This document shows, one piece after another, positions 48,578 to 61,220 of a stretch of 64,000 nucleotides of DNA (positions within the stretch are counted from its first letter, which is position 1; each line of letters begins with the position of its first letter). The position numbers were made by a program, and so were the translations under genes. Source of the stretch: the human T2T-CHM13v2.0 reference genome, Homo sapiens; assembly GCF_009914755.1 (NCBI RefSeq), contig NC_060947.1; one strand, 5' to 3'. Below the pieces are notes generated by a model that searched no databases, was not told where the DNA came from, and saw nothing but the letters and a program-made list of their open reading frames with translations.

Positions 48578-48947
48578 GTTTATTTTTAATTTTTTATTTC
48601 AATAGGTTTTTAAGGAACAGATGGTGGTTGGTTACATGGATAAGTTCTATAGTGGTGATTTTTGATATTTTGGTGCACCCATCACCCAAACAGTGTACAC
48701 TGTACCCAGTGTGTAGTCTTTTATCCCTCATCCCCCTCCCACCCTTCTCCCTTGAGTCCCCAAAGTCCATCGTATCACTCTTATGTCTTTGCCTCCTCAT
48801 AGCTTAGCTCCCACTTACAAGTGAGTCAATACAATGTTTAGTTTTCCATTCCCAAGTTACTTCACTTAGAGTAATGGTCTCTAACTCCTTCCAGGTTACT
48901 GCAAATGGCATTATTTCACTCCTTTCTATGGCTGAGTAGAATTTCAT

Positions 48948-48994
<47 letters not shown>

Positions 48995-51595
48995 CATTTT
49001 CTTTATCCACTTGTTAATCGATGGGCATTTGGACTGGTTCTATATTTTTGCAATTGCAAATTGTGCTGCTATAAACATTCGTGTGCAAGTGTCTTTTTCA
49101 TATAATGACTTCTTTTTCTTTGGGTAGATACCCAGTAGTGGGATTGCTGGATCAAATGGTAGATCTACTTTTAGTTCTTTAAGGAATCTCCACACTGTTT
49201 TCCATAGTTGTTGTACTAGTTTACATTCCCACCAGCAGTGAAAAAGTGTTTCCTTTTCACCACATCCATGCCAACATCTATTATTTTTTATTTTTTTTAA
49301 TTTTATTATTATTATACTTTAAGTTTCAGGGTACATGTGCACAATGTGCAGGTTTGTTACATATGTATACATGTGCCATGTTGGTGTGCTGCACCCATTA
49401 ACTCGTCATTTAGCATTAGGTATATCTCCTAATGCTATCCCTCCCCCCTCCCCCCACCCCACAACAGTCCCTGGTGTGTGATGTTCCCCTTCCTGTGTCC
49501 ATGTGTTCTCATTGTTCAGTTCCCACCTATGAGTGAGAACATGCAGTGTTTGGTTTTTTGTTCTTGCGATAGTTTGCTGAGAATGATGGTTTCCAGCTTC
49601 ATCCATATCCCTACAAAGGACATGAACTCATCATTTTTATGGCTGCATAGTATTCCATGGTGTATATGTGCCACATTTTCTTAATCCAGTCTATCGTTGT
49701 TGGACATTTGGGTTGGTTCCAAGTCTTTGCTATTGTGAATAGTGTCGCAGTAAACAGACGTGTGCATGTGTCTTTATAGCAGCATGATTTATAATCCTTT
49801 GGGTATATACCCAGTAATGGGATGGCTGGGTCAAATGGTATTTCTAGTTCTAGATCCCTGAGGAATCACCACACCGACTTCCACAATGGTTGAACTAGTT
49901 TACAGTCCCACCAACAGTGTAAAAGTGTTCCTATTTCTCCACATCCTCTCCAGCACCTGTTGTTTCCTGACTTTTTAATTATCGCCATTCTATGGAACCA
50001 AAAAAGAGTCCACATAGCCAAAGGAAGACTAAGCAAAAAGAACAAGTCTGGGGGCATCACATTACCCAACTTCAAACTATACTACAAGGGTATAGTCACC
50101 AAAACAGCAGGGTACTAGTATAAAAGTAGACATATAGACCAATGGAACTGAATAGAGAACCCAGAAATAAAGCCAAATACTTCCAGCCAACAGTTCTTCG
50201 ACAAAGCAAACAAAAACATAAAGTGAGGAAATGACACCCTATTCAAAAAATGGTGCTGGGATAATTGGAAAGCCACATGTAGAAGAATGAAACTGGATCC
50301 TCATCTCTCACCTTATACAAAAATCAACTCAAGATGGATCAAAGACTTAAATCTAAGACCTTAAACCATATAAACTCTAGAAGATGACATTGGAAAAACT
50401 CTTCTAGACATTGGCTTAGGCAAAGAGTTCATGACCAAGAACCCAAAAACAAATGCAACAAAAACAAATGTAGATAGACAGGACTTAATTAAACTAAAAA
50501 TCTTCTGCACAGCAAAAGAAATAATCAGCAGAATTAACAGACCACCCACGAACAACCCCATCAAAAAGTGGGCAAAGGATATGAACAGACACTTCTCAAA
50601 AGAAGACATTTATGCAGCCAAAAAACACATGAAAAAATGCTCATCATCACTGGCCATCAGAGAAATGCAAATCAAAACCACAATGAGATACCATCTCACA
50701 CCAGTTAGAATGTGGGTGCCCTTCATTTCTTTCTCTTGTCTGACTACTCAGGCTTAAACTTCCAGTAGTATGTTGAATAGAAGTGGTGAAAGTGGGCATC
50801 CTTTTCTTGTTCCAGTTATTAGGGGGAATGCTTTCAATTTTTCCCCATTCAGTATAATGTTGGCTATGGTTTTGTCATAGATGGCTTTTATTTCCTTAAG
50901 GTATATCTCTTCTTTGCTGTTTTTGCTGAGGGTTTTAATCAAAAAGGGATGTTGGATTTTGTCAAATGCTTTTTCTGTGTCTATTGAGATGATCATATGA
51001 TTTTTGTTTTTAATTCTGTTTACGTGACATATCACATTTATTGACTTGCACATGTTAAACCAACCCTGCATCCCTGGTATGAAATGTAATTGATCATGGT
51101 GGATTATGTTTTTGATATGCTGTTGAACTCGGTTAGCTAGTATTTTGTTGAGGATTTCGGCAGCTATTTTCATCAGGGATATTAGTCTATAGTTTTCTTT
51201 TATCATTATGTCTTTTCCTGGTTTTGGTATTAGGGTGGCACTGGCTTCACAGAATGATTTAGGGAGGGTTTCCTTCTTCTCTATCTTTTGGCATAATTTC
51301 CGTAGGATTGGTACCAATTCTTCTTTGAATGTCTGCTAGCATTCAGCTGTGAATCATTCTGGTCCTGGACTTTTTCCTGTTGGCAATTTTTAAAATTACC
51401 ATTTCAATATTGCTGCTTGTTATTGGTCTGTTCTGAGTTTTTATTTCTTTTTGGTTTAATCTAGGAGGGTTGTATATTTCCAGGAATTTATCCATCTCCT
51501 CTGGGTTTTCTAGTTTGTGAGTGTAAAGGTATTCATAGTAGCCCTGAATGATCTTTTGTGTTTCTGTGGCATCAGAGGTAGTATCTTCCGTTTCA
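48578..51595 (-). mobile_element. L1PB1-like element, rearranged (49991-50712 inverted) and containing a younger L1PA
   Basis: L1PB 3'UTR 'gtggtgatttttgatattttggtgcacccatcacc'; minus-strand ORF2 fragments at 50754-51317 and 51343-51618; (TA)n at 48950-48993. Confidence 0.9.
49285..49992 (-). mobile_element. L1PA3/4-like 3' end
   Basis: 'ccattaactcgtcatttagcattaggtatatctcc', 'cccacctatgagtgag'. Confidence 0.95.
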
Positions 51596-54500
51596 TTAAA
51601 ATAAAAACACACACACACGGAATTGTATAATTTTAAAAGATGAATTACATGGTATGAGAATTATATCTTAGTAAAGCTATTTTTTAAAGGAGAAATAAAA
51701 ACACTGTCCAAGGACAGAATGGAATAGACAAAATGGACAGAATCAAGAAAGAATAAATGCTGAGAAACATGTAGAGTACCTTAAAATCATTAAAATCTTT
51801 CTGATCTGTATCATACACAGACTACTAAAGAGTTTAAATATATTTACATGTTCTAAAAATTTAGATAAAATTTCTAAGATATACAGTTATAGGATTAATA
51901 ATGCATTTTTCCTCCCGTTTCTATAAAATTTATTTTGCTTATTCATCCTCATTTTTGCTTGGTTCTATGCATCTCCCCCATCACGTCACCACTATTGCCT
52001 TTATACCTTCATAGTTAGAACATGACAATTTAGCAGAGATAATTATAATATTATTTAGAGGAATTATTTTAAATTTATGATTTCAGAAGTACTAGAGCCA
52101 TGTTACTTTTTAAACAGCTACTTTGTCATTAGTGTCATCAAGGGTATCCCAGGCAAAAATTGTAGCTAATGTTAAGAATGAGAGTCTCAGCACACAGCAT
52201 GGATGTCAGGTAACAAAATATTTGCTGCTACCCCTGCCACTGATGCTGCTAGCTTCGTATTATTATTTACTAAATTCTGATAAAATTTTGAATACGCTAC
52301 TCGACTCCTTATTCTTTTTATCTGAGGCAATGATGGAACACTTCAAAAATATCTAAGAAGTATTTAATCATAAGTTTTAATTCTGATGAAATAGCTTTGA
52401 TTAAAAAGTTTAATTCTGATTACCCAATAACCATACGCTACTTTAACTCCTTTCCCAACTCATTCTCAAACCACCACTATTTTTCCATCCATAAGTCCTG
52501 TTTCAACTTAGCTAAAATTTCATATTCTCATTCTTCTACTCACGTGTAAAAATAATAGGCATGCATATTACAACTACTTGTAAAAGTCATTTTAATTGGC
52601 TCCGTGCACCTAGTGAGTTGATAGTGCATATGTTTTTGTTTGTTTGTTTGTTTGTTTGTTTTAGAATCAATGCTTTTTTGACAAACACACAAACATTTGT
52701 TGAACTATAACAACCCAAAATGTGAACTAGATCTCTTATTGGGAGTAAATATGCCATTTTGGTGTCAAACTAACAACCAATTTGGGTGTTGAGAAGTCAC
52801 TTCAAAATTTTAACTTATTTTTTATTTTACTACTGTAACATTTTGTCTAAATTCACTCTGTTCTAGTGACATGTTTCTATGTCAGAGACATCATATCCTA
52901 ATGGAGAAATAATCTAACAAGCACTCTGGGCATGAAAAGTCATTAAATTTTCATGGAATCAATCACAAAGTGTCAGTAAAAATCAAATATGTATCTGGGA
53001 ATCTCTGACAGAGGGAGGGACGGGCAGAGACTGAGGGGAGTTTGGAGATGTGGACAAGAAAAGCCAATTTACATTCTAAGCTACAAAGCGGGGAAAGGCA
53101 GTGAAAAGCTCAAGGGACTTGGGTTGATCTAGGTCCTTTACAGAAGAACCTGTGACAAGGGACTCAGGTTCTGCTTTCCCCAGAAGCTCCAAAGATGAGG
53201 TTGCATGTCTTCTCCAGAAAATGTGGATTGTAATTTCTAAAACATTGAGAAAAGTTTAAAGCATAAGGTGACAAAATTTACAGTGAAGCAGTCCAACAGC
53301 GTTTTAAGTGTCAAGCAATTGCAAGAAAATGAGGACAAACTGTGAAAACAAATCATGAAGCTTTGTATCAAACTTATCAAGGAAACTATATAAAGCACCA
53401 GAAGCATAAAAATCAATCACAATGAAAACAGATGAAGGGAAGAAAATACACTTTTTAAAAGATTAGAATAAAGAATAAATGACAAAGTGCAGTTTATTTT
53501 TAAAGTTGAGGAATTTAATAAAGAGAAGTTGCACATTCCATGATGCCACCTAATAATATTTCTTTCAGATACTAAGATACAAAGAAAACACTAGTGGCTC
53601 ACTGTGCACACCCTTTCAACTCTTTTCTAAAAGCAGCAAAATATTTGTATTTATCTCCAAAATCTTTTGCTCAATTGTCTTTGTTACTTCCTTTTAAGGG
53701 AGGTGGCCAGAGTTTCAAGTGAACCTGGAGTCTAGGACTACAATAGCTCTTATTTACATCACTTGATTGGCAATTTTTTATACTGCTAATGGTTGTTACA
53801 GTTTTATGCATATATCTTTTCTCCATAACTATGTTGCTAAAGGATGAAGACTATGTATTTTACCTAGTATCTTCAAACCTAGTTATAAGGCTTTAATCAA
53901 CATTTGATGATGGTGATGAGGAATAATGCTAGAGACTATGTAGAAATCAAAACCTTGATGACATTTTATTAGTCCTATGATATAAACAGTAAGTTGAATA
54001 GCTACAGATAATTTTATGACCTGTCAATGTGGAAACCCAAGCCACTATCTCAGGATATACAAGTTGTCTAGGCCAATAATATGGATAATAAATACAGATA
54101 TTTCTGCACACCCTATTTTTCCTTAAAACATATTTTGTAGTCATGCGTCATCCAAATAATTGGTTTAAATCTTCATTCCATTCATTGCACCATATGCATG
54201 AGAAAAGTTCACCCTAGGCATTCATGATAAAGATGAAGCATTATGGCCAAAAGAAGTAAGTCTTATAAAAAATTAATGGTAAATTCCAAGATAACTTTTA
54301 GGGTAGTGATTTAAATCTCAGCTTGCTCTACAGTATCTCTCAAATGAGTACCTGGTTCAAAGTTATATGTCCTAATTTGATATCCAAAAAGACACATACA
54401 AATTTTCCAGAAGAATACCTTTACCTTAACCAATAAATAGCAGCAATTATTTACCAGTTAATTCAATAGGTATTAATGGATAATCCCAGCTAATGAAATG

Positions 54501-55112
54501 TGCATTTGTGCCAGTCAATCTATGAATAGTAGGAGCAGTGCAAATCATCCACTAACCAACCTGGCTGAGGGGCCAAAAAAGTTGAATTCCTGCCTTAAAA
54601 CTGTGCCTCTCTTTGCAGCTGGGTAGCAAATTTACATTGAATAATTACTTTTCTGACCTCCTGCCCAAATAAAATTCTCGATTGAGAAAATAATATAAAT
54701 CTTAAATATGGGTGATCACCCTTAGATCTTGGTTTTCTGTTTTATAATTCTCATGGAAACAGTGGACTTCATTAAGCAAATCTAATGCCTCACCAACTCC
54801 TTGAACTTCTTAACTTTATGCATGTTCTTCCACAGGCCATTCAGCTAAAATGAGTTTATGATAAAATTGAATACCATTCATTTTGTCCCATTCAAAAGAT
54901 AATATCCAATATTCTTGCTTATATTTTTAGAGAGGATCCACCTTCTACTAAGCTAAAGCTGTATCTTGCTTGGGGGAAGTTCAATGTGACTGAATCAATT
55001 TGCTTACAGTTATTCTAGAAAGCAAAGTATCACTAGTGAGTTTTGATATATTTGAAGAAAGGCACTACTGCAATGCATACTACTCATGAGTATACTGTGT
55101 AGACAGCTTAAG

Positions 55113-55496
55113 TGTTTTTTTAAATTTAATTTTAAGCTCCTGGATACACGTGCAGGACAAGCAGGTTTGTTACATAGGTAAATATGTGCCATGGTGGTTT
55201 GCTGCACCTATAAACCCATCACCTAGCTATTAAGCTCCACATGCATTAGCTGTTTATCCTGATGCTCTTTCTCTCCCTTCCCCCCGACAGGCCCCAGTGT
55301 GTGTTGTTCCCTTCCCCATGTTTATGTGTTCTCATCATTCAGCTCCCACTTATAAGTGAGAACATGTGGTGTTTGGTTTTCTGTTCCTGTGTTAGTTTGC
55401 TGAGGATAATGGCTTCCAACTCCATCCATGTCACTGCAAAGCACGTGGTCTCATTCCTTTTTATAGCTGCATAGTACTCCATGGTGTGTATGTACC
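55113..55496 (-). mobile_element. L1PA8-10-like 3' end
   Basis: 'gcaggtttgttacataggtaaa'; TSD cagcttaagtg. Confidence 0.92.
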
Positions 55497-56180
55497 AGCT
55501 TAAGTGGTTTTGTTGACCAAGTTCTGATATTCAAAGCTTTCTACTTTATGCTTGCATTCTATTCAAGAATAAAACATTTTAAAATGTTATTTATTTTCAC
55601 TTAAACCATGGTGGTTCACAAAAATAAGTGATTAAGATAGCAGAAATCAATGGCCAGGACAGTAAGAGAGTTCATTTATTCTCTATCACATCCTCATTTT
55701 CTGCCTGTAGAGAATAAGAACACAAATAAAAATACTCCTTTCTCTAATATTGCTGAAAAATAGACCTTGTACAGAACCTATTCAACTACAGTAACAAACC
55801 TCTCACATGAACAACGGAATAGAAATATGTTTTCTGGATATCCACACATCAGAAATTTTGACCCAAATTTTAAAATAAAATTTGTCCTTTCAACTCCATA
55901 GCATTCTCTGTAGTTTGAAACTATTTGTTCTCAAATGACTTCTGCACATATTTTCTCCTTCATATAGGGAATCTTAGTCACTTTAGAAGAGAAAGGCTTC
56001 TTTTACCACTTTTTCAGGCCTTTCCATAACTTTTGGTTGACAAAATCAAGAAAGGATGACTACTTCTTTTCCATATTATTTTATATATATACAATAAACA
56101 TGGTCGAGATGAATTTTACACTAAGGTAATATCTTGTTGTTTTTGTTACTTCTTCCTTATCTACGAATTACTACAAAGCT

Positions 56181-56480
56181 ATTTGTATTTTGTTTTGTTT
56201 GAGACAAGAGTCTCGCTCTGTCACCCAGGCTGGAGTGCAGTGGCTCCATCTTGGCTCACTGCAATCTCCTCCTGAGTTCAAGCGATTCTCATGTTTCAGT
56301 TTCCCTAGTAGCTGGGATTACAGGCGCCCTCCACCATCCCTGGTTAATTTTTGTATTTTTAGTAAAGACAGGGTTTCGCCATGTTGGCCAGGCTGATTTC
56401 AAACTCCTGACCTCAAGCGATCCGCCTGCCTCGGCCTATCAAAGTGTTGGGATAACAGACATGAGCCACCGTGCCCAGCC
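56181..56480 (-). mobile_element. AluS
   Basis: Antisense Alu; TSD acaaagctat. Confidence 0.93.
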
Positions 56481-56610
56481 ACAAAGCTATATGTTGTTAA
56501 ACATAATTCAGTTTAATAAGCATTCATTGAGAACTACTGTGTACAAGGATTCACCGTAGCTCTAAGAAAAAGTAAGATGTAGCTCCTGCCTATGTGATAC
56601 TCTCAATCTA

Positions 56611-56997
56611 TTAGGCTAGTGCAAAAGTCATTGCGGTTTTAGCCATTGAAAGTAATGGCAGCTGGGCGCGGTGGCTCATGCCTGTAATCCCAGCACTTTG
56701 GGAGGCCGAGGAGGGCAGATCACGAGGTCAGGAGATCGAGATCATTCTGACTAACACGGTGAAAGCCCGTCTCTACTAAAAATACAAAAACAAAATTAGC
56801 CGGGTGTGGTGGTGGGCGCCTGTAGTCCCACCTACTCAGGAGGCTGAGGCGGGAGAATGGCGTGAACCCGGGAGGCGGAGCTTGCAGTGAGCCGAGATCA
56901 GGCCACTGCACCAGCCTGGGAGACAGAGCGAGACTCCGTCTCAAAAAAAAAAAAAAAGTAATGGCAAAAACCGCAATGACTTTTGCACCAACCTTAA
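56611..56997. mobile_element. MADE1 split by an AluY
   Basis: Left arm ttaggctagtgcaaaagtcattgcggtttt; right arm aaaaaccgcaatgacttttgcaccaacct; flanked by TA. Confidence 0.93.
56661..56954 (+). mobile_element. AluY
   Basis: 'gagaatggcgtgaacccgggaggcggagcttgcag'; TSD aaagtaatggca. Confidence 0.95.
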
Positions 56998-57289
56998 TAG
57001 TAAGGTAATAAGACAAGTATGCAAATGACTACAACAAAATGTTGATTAAATTAAGTACCAATAGAGAGACAGGGACAAAGTTCCAAAGAGGCTCAAAGGA
57101 GCAAGTTTGGTGCTTGGAGTTAGCCTCAGAAGATACAGGAACTTTGACAAGAAATAAAGACAATAAAGGCAGATGGAACTGCACGAACCAAAACATGAAG
57201 ATAAGAAATTGCAAAGTGGGTGTGAAAATTCTTAGTGGAGACCAAAAACAGAGATTTGAGAATAATCTTCTGAGGGACAGAATATAAAG

Positions 57290-58461
57290 AAGGGATCCTG
57301 GGACTGTCAGCCCATTGGTATACATGTCTTTACCATAAATTCATTCCTCATTCAGAAGCAATGCTGTATGGTAAATCATGGTAGTGACTAAGTTATGCAT
57401 AAATTCATAGAAAGTGATGCTGGCAGAAGCATAGCAAGCAATGAAGGAAAATCCACATCTGAATTATGTTTCTATTCCAATGAAGACAACTCTCGTCCAC
57501 AACCCCTCCCCACCATGATGATAAATAGCTGACAGAGTCTCCAAGATGTGGAGGGGGCTCAGGATTAGTCACTGCTATTGGTTGCCTTGGGACTCAACGG
57601 TGATGATAAGCAAAATTGTGTTGGAAAGTGAAAGTCTACGTAACTGAGCACATCCATAAACTCCATCTCTGCTACTAAGATCATTTTTCTCATGAGGCAT
57701 TTTAAATAACCCATAGAGTGACTGGGGTTAGAAACTGACCAACATCCACTACATGGGTCATATTGTTTACCTGATTATTGAAAGCCTCCTCTGCAGTAAA
57801 TGCCTTTTGGTGAGAATTCACACAAGAACACAAATATCTGCACATTTAATACCATTCTAAGAGTTCCATTCAAATTTCTCTTCCTCAAATGTCTTGTCTT
57901 TAGTCCTTGAAACTTGTTCCTGTCAAGTCCCTGAGCATGGACAATACCTGTTGTCCACGAATTAGTGTGGTTACATTCTTCAGGCCATTTGCCCTCCAGG
58001 CAAACTGGACCTCCAGATACATGCTTAGAGTTCTGCCCTCTTGAAGGACTTCCTTTCCCATTCTCCCTGAGTAAAGTTGTCATGTGAAAATTGTTCACAT
58101 CTGCCTTGTGATAGCATACTGTGCAGAACCTTGCGTAAATCAAACTTGGATTTTCTTCTCCTAAGCCAAATGATCATGGTGATCTCCTCATGAAGCTATA
58201 GAAGTACGCTGAAGAAGAAGTGGCAGCTAAGAGGAGTACGTGCTATTGGGATGTAAGCAACATGTTCTTGCAAATTATTTGTGACTAAAGGGCTAATTTG
58301 AGAGTGATCCTACATATTTCACTTTTATTTGATGATGGAGGACTGGAGCACATAACTAATTTCATGTCTTGGTGGATCAGCTATCATTTTTTAATGACGG
58401 GAAGCTCCATGTGCATAGTTACATGGTGATGTCCCATAGTCAGTCATTCTGTCTCTACCAT
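57290..58461 (-). mobile_element. ERVL internal fragment (pol: RNase H to integrase), decayed
   Basis: Minus-strand VETE*LTMGH, VNSHQKAFTAEEAFNNQVNNMTH (ERVL RNase H) and VYQWAD. Confidence 0.85.
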
Positions 58462-60149
58462 GACTGCTGTATGGATGGTAGAGATAGAACGGCATGGATG
58501 CTGTAATGGAAGTTGTCAGAGTGCCTTAAAAGAAGTTCCTTTTAAGTCATCTTAGCAAACCGGTAATATATAATAGAGCATTTCTAAAGCACTCCCATTA
58601 ATTAAATAGCTTTCCTATAAAAATTGAATACATTAAAATTGTAAGTAAAATGTTTCTTTATGATGGCAGTAATTAACACCACCACAAAACCCCTATATCT
58701 ATAGGAATACATTGGGTTTTATTTAATGCAGTAGCCTGCATAATTGCTTTCATAAATAAAGCAAAGTTGAGGGAGGATGTAGTCTGAAATGGAAAAACTA
58801 GCACGTCTTGGCCTTTCAGGGAGTGTCCTATCCCAAGTAGTAGTCTCCTAGAATACATTTAATTCACCACGATGGCTGTCACTACTTATTACTCAGAGCT
58901 TGGCAAGTAATATGTGTATGCTTTTGGATGGATATGTTGAGCTTTCTAATACACTTTCGATTGACATTTATCCATCATAAAATACTGAAAAAGACTCCCT
59001 GATGTGATAAGAGAGTAAAATGTATATAGGACAAAGCTTTACATGAAATAGCTGGAGTACTGAGGATTATATAATTCAGGAGACACTGTTGGTTCCTCTT
59101 ATTGCCTTCACCATATTGTACATTCATATGTAGCTCAGTTTTTTCTAAATGATTCCGGTTTTGAAAGCCTATCTTGGACCCAGTATTTTCCAAAACTCCT
59201 TTTAACATATGGAAGCAGGAGAGGAGAAAGCAAAAATTTCAAGTTGTAACACTACTATAGAAAACTGGTCTCAATCCAAATTTTTCATAAAAAGTTATTC
59301 TATGTACTTTTTTGTCTTTATGTGTGCAATGAATTGTTGACGTGTGGAAGGATCAAAATCTTCAGCAACAGTCATTCAGTTATCCAGACTGGAAGACATG
59401 GCTATTTGGGCAGCCCCGAATTTTTTCTTAATTTATACCAACTTCCTTGCAAAACATGCCACATTGTGAAAACCTAGCGGGTATAAATCTGTTGTGAGTG
59501 AGGAAAACTCCCACTGGCACAGTGGATGTTTGTTTTCAGATATAAAATTGATTGAGAAAAAAAATCTCCTTTTCTGAGCGACTTTGCATCAAGGAGACTA
59601 GGTGATGCAGAACAAAAAAATTATATATTCACTGGCTGTGTCGGTACAAATGAAAGTGTCAAACTTATCTTTTGGCAATGTAAATTTACTCTACAGGCAA
59701 ATAAACTGCAATAATATCAACAGGCCTCACATAAACTGAAGAAAATTGCCTTCCTAGAGTCATATATGCCAAGCCTGATTCAGAACATGGCACATTGCCT
59801 TGGAATTGTTTTTTTCTAGGTGTCCTTCACTCATAAAGGTTAGCTGCAGGTACACATACAGCTACTCCTCAGTCTGATGATGTAACAGAAATATGATTTA
59901 TGGATCAAGTCAAGTAACTTAATTTTATTGGAATGCTAAGAAAATAGGGCCTTCTGAATTAATTTGTGATTAATAGGCAACTGAATAAAACATTTTTCAT
60001 GTGGTTCTTATAGCTGTGAGGCTTTCTGAAATATGCTGGTTTACATTCCCACTTATCAGACACAGAGTAGAGGGTCTTGCAAGACTTTTTGATTTCTGTC
60101 AGTGATTCATTAATTTTGCCGTTCACACCTTCTACACCAAGATTGCCTT

Positions 60150-60340
60150 CCAGAAACATAATACATATTAACTCAATTAATCTTCACAAGGACTTCATAA
60201 GGCAGACTCTACCATAAACTGCACTTTACAGTTGAGGATGCTGAAGCAGGAAGAGGTTGAACTCAGACAGCTAAACTATATCATGCAACCTCTCAAAAGC
60301 ATCGTACACAGTAACTCAGATTTCAAATACTGCCTGTCTT
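60150..60340 (-). mobile_element. MIR
   Basis: 'ttaatcttcacaa...cactttacagttgaggatgctgaagca'. Confidence 0.65.
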
Positions 60341-60418
60341 TGTTTTTCTCCCTTGGTTTCTAGAACCAGTTTTCAAGTCATAATACCATGCCATCCTTTA
60401 CATTTCCATTGCTTCTAG

Positions 60419-60725
<307 letters not shown>

Positions 60726-60829
60726 TAAATTGCCATTGCTTCTAATAACTGAATTCCTGGACATTGTCACGTGTTGCCAGAAGAAATAGAGAGTATTCAA
60801 ATTGGGCTGATTCATCTCTATTCACTCTT

Positions 60830-61220
60830 CACCCCTAGATCATCATATACAGTGCTACGAGATTAATTTTTCTGGAGCACAATCTGATTTTAGTGCCTAA
60901 ATAGCTAGCTGCTCCTTGCTCTATTCCTTTGCTCCCGCCAAACCCATATTCTACTTGTATCTTTGTGTCTTTGTCAGTTAGCCCCTGTTTATACCACTAT
61001 ACCACATTGGAATGCCTCCCTTCTCTATCTGCTGGAAACTAATACCCATTTTTCAGGTTGCCTCTTTAGGCTTCTCTGATCTCTATAAAGAATCTCAGCC
61101 CACACCTACTATCTCATTACACCAAACATTCAGAAATCATTCAGTGTAAGATCTAGCTCTCTGCTCTGACTTTGTAGGTAAAAGCTGAGTTTAGAATTGA
61201 TGTTAATGTTCAATTGAATA
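60830..61220 (+). mobile_element. L2 fragment
   Basis: 'tcatcatatacagtgctacgagattaattttt...ttggaatgcctcccttctc...ttcaattgaat'. Confidence 0.5.

Larger units (their letters stand above)
56505..57290 (-). mobile_element. L2 3' end hosting MADE1 and AluY
   Basis: 'ttcagtttaataagcattcattgagaactactgtgtacaagg'...'ctcctgcc'...; resumes after 56998. Confidence 0.65.
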
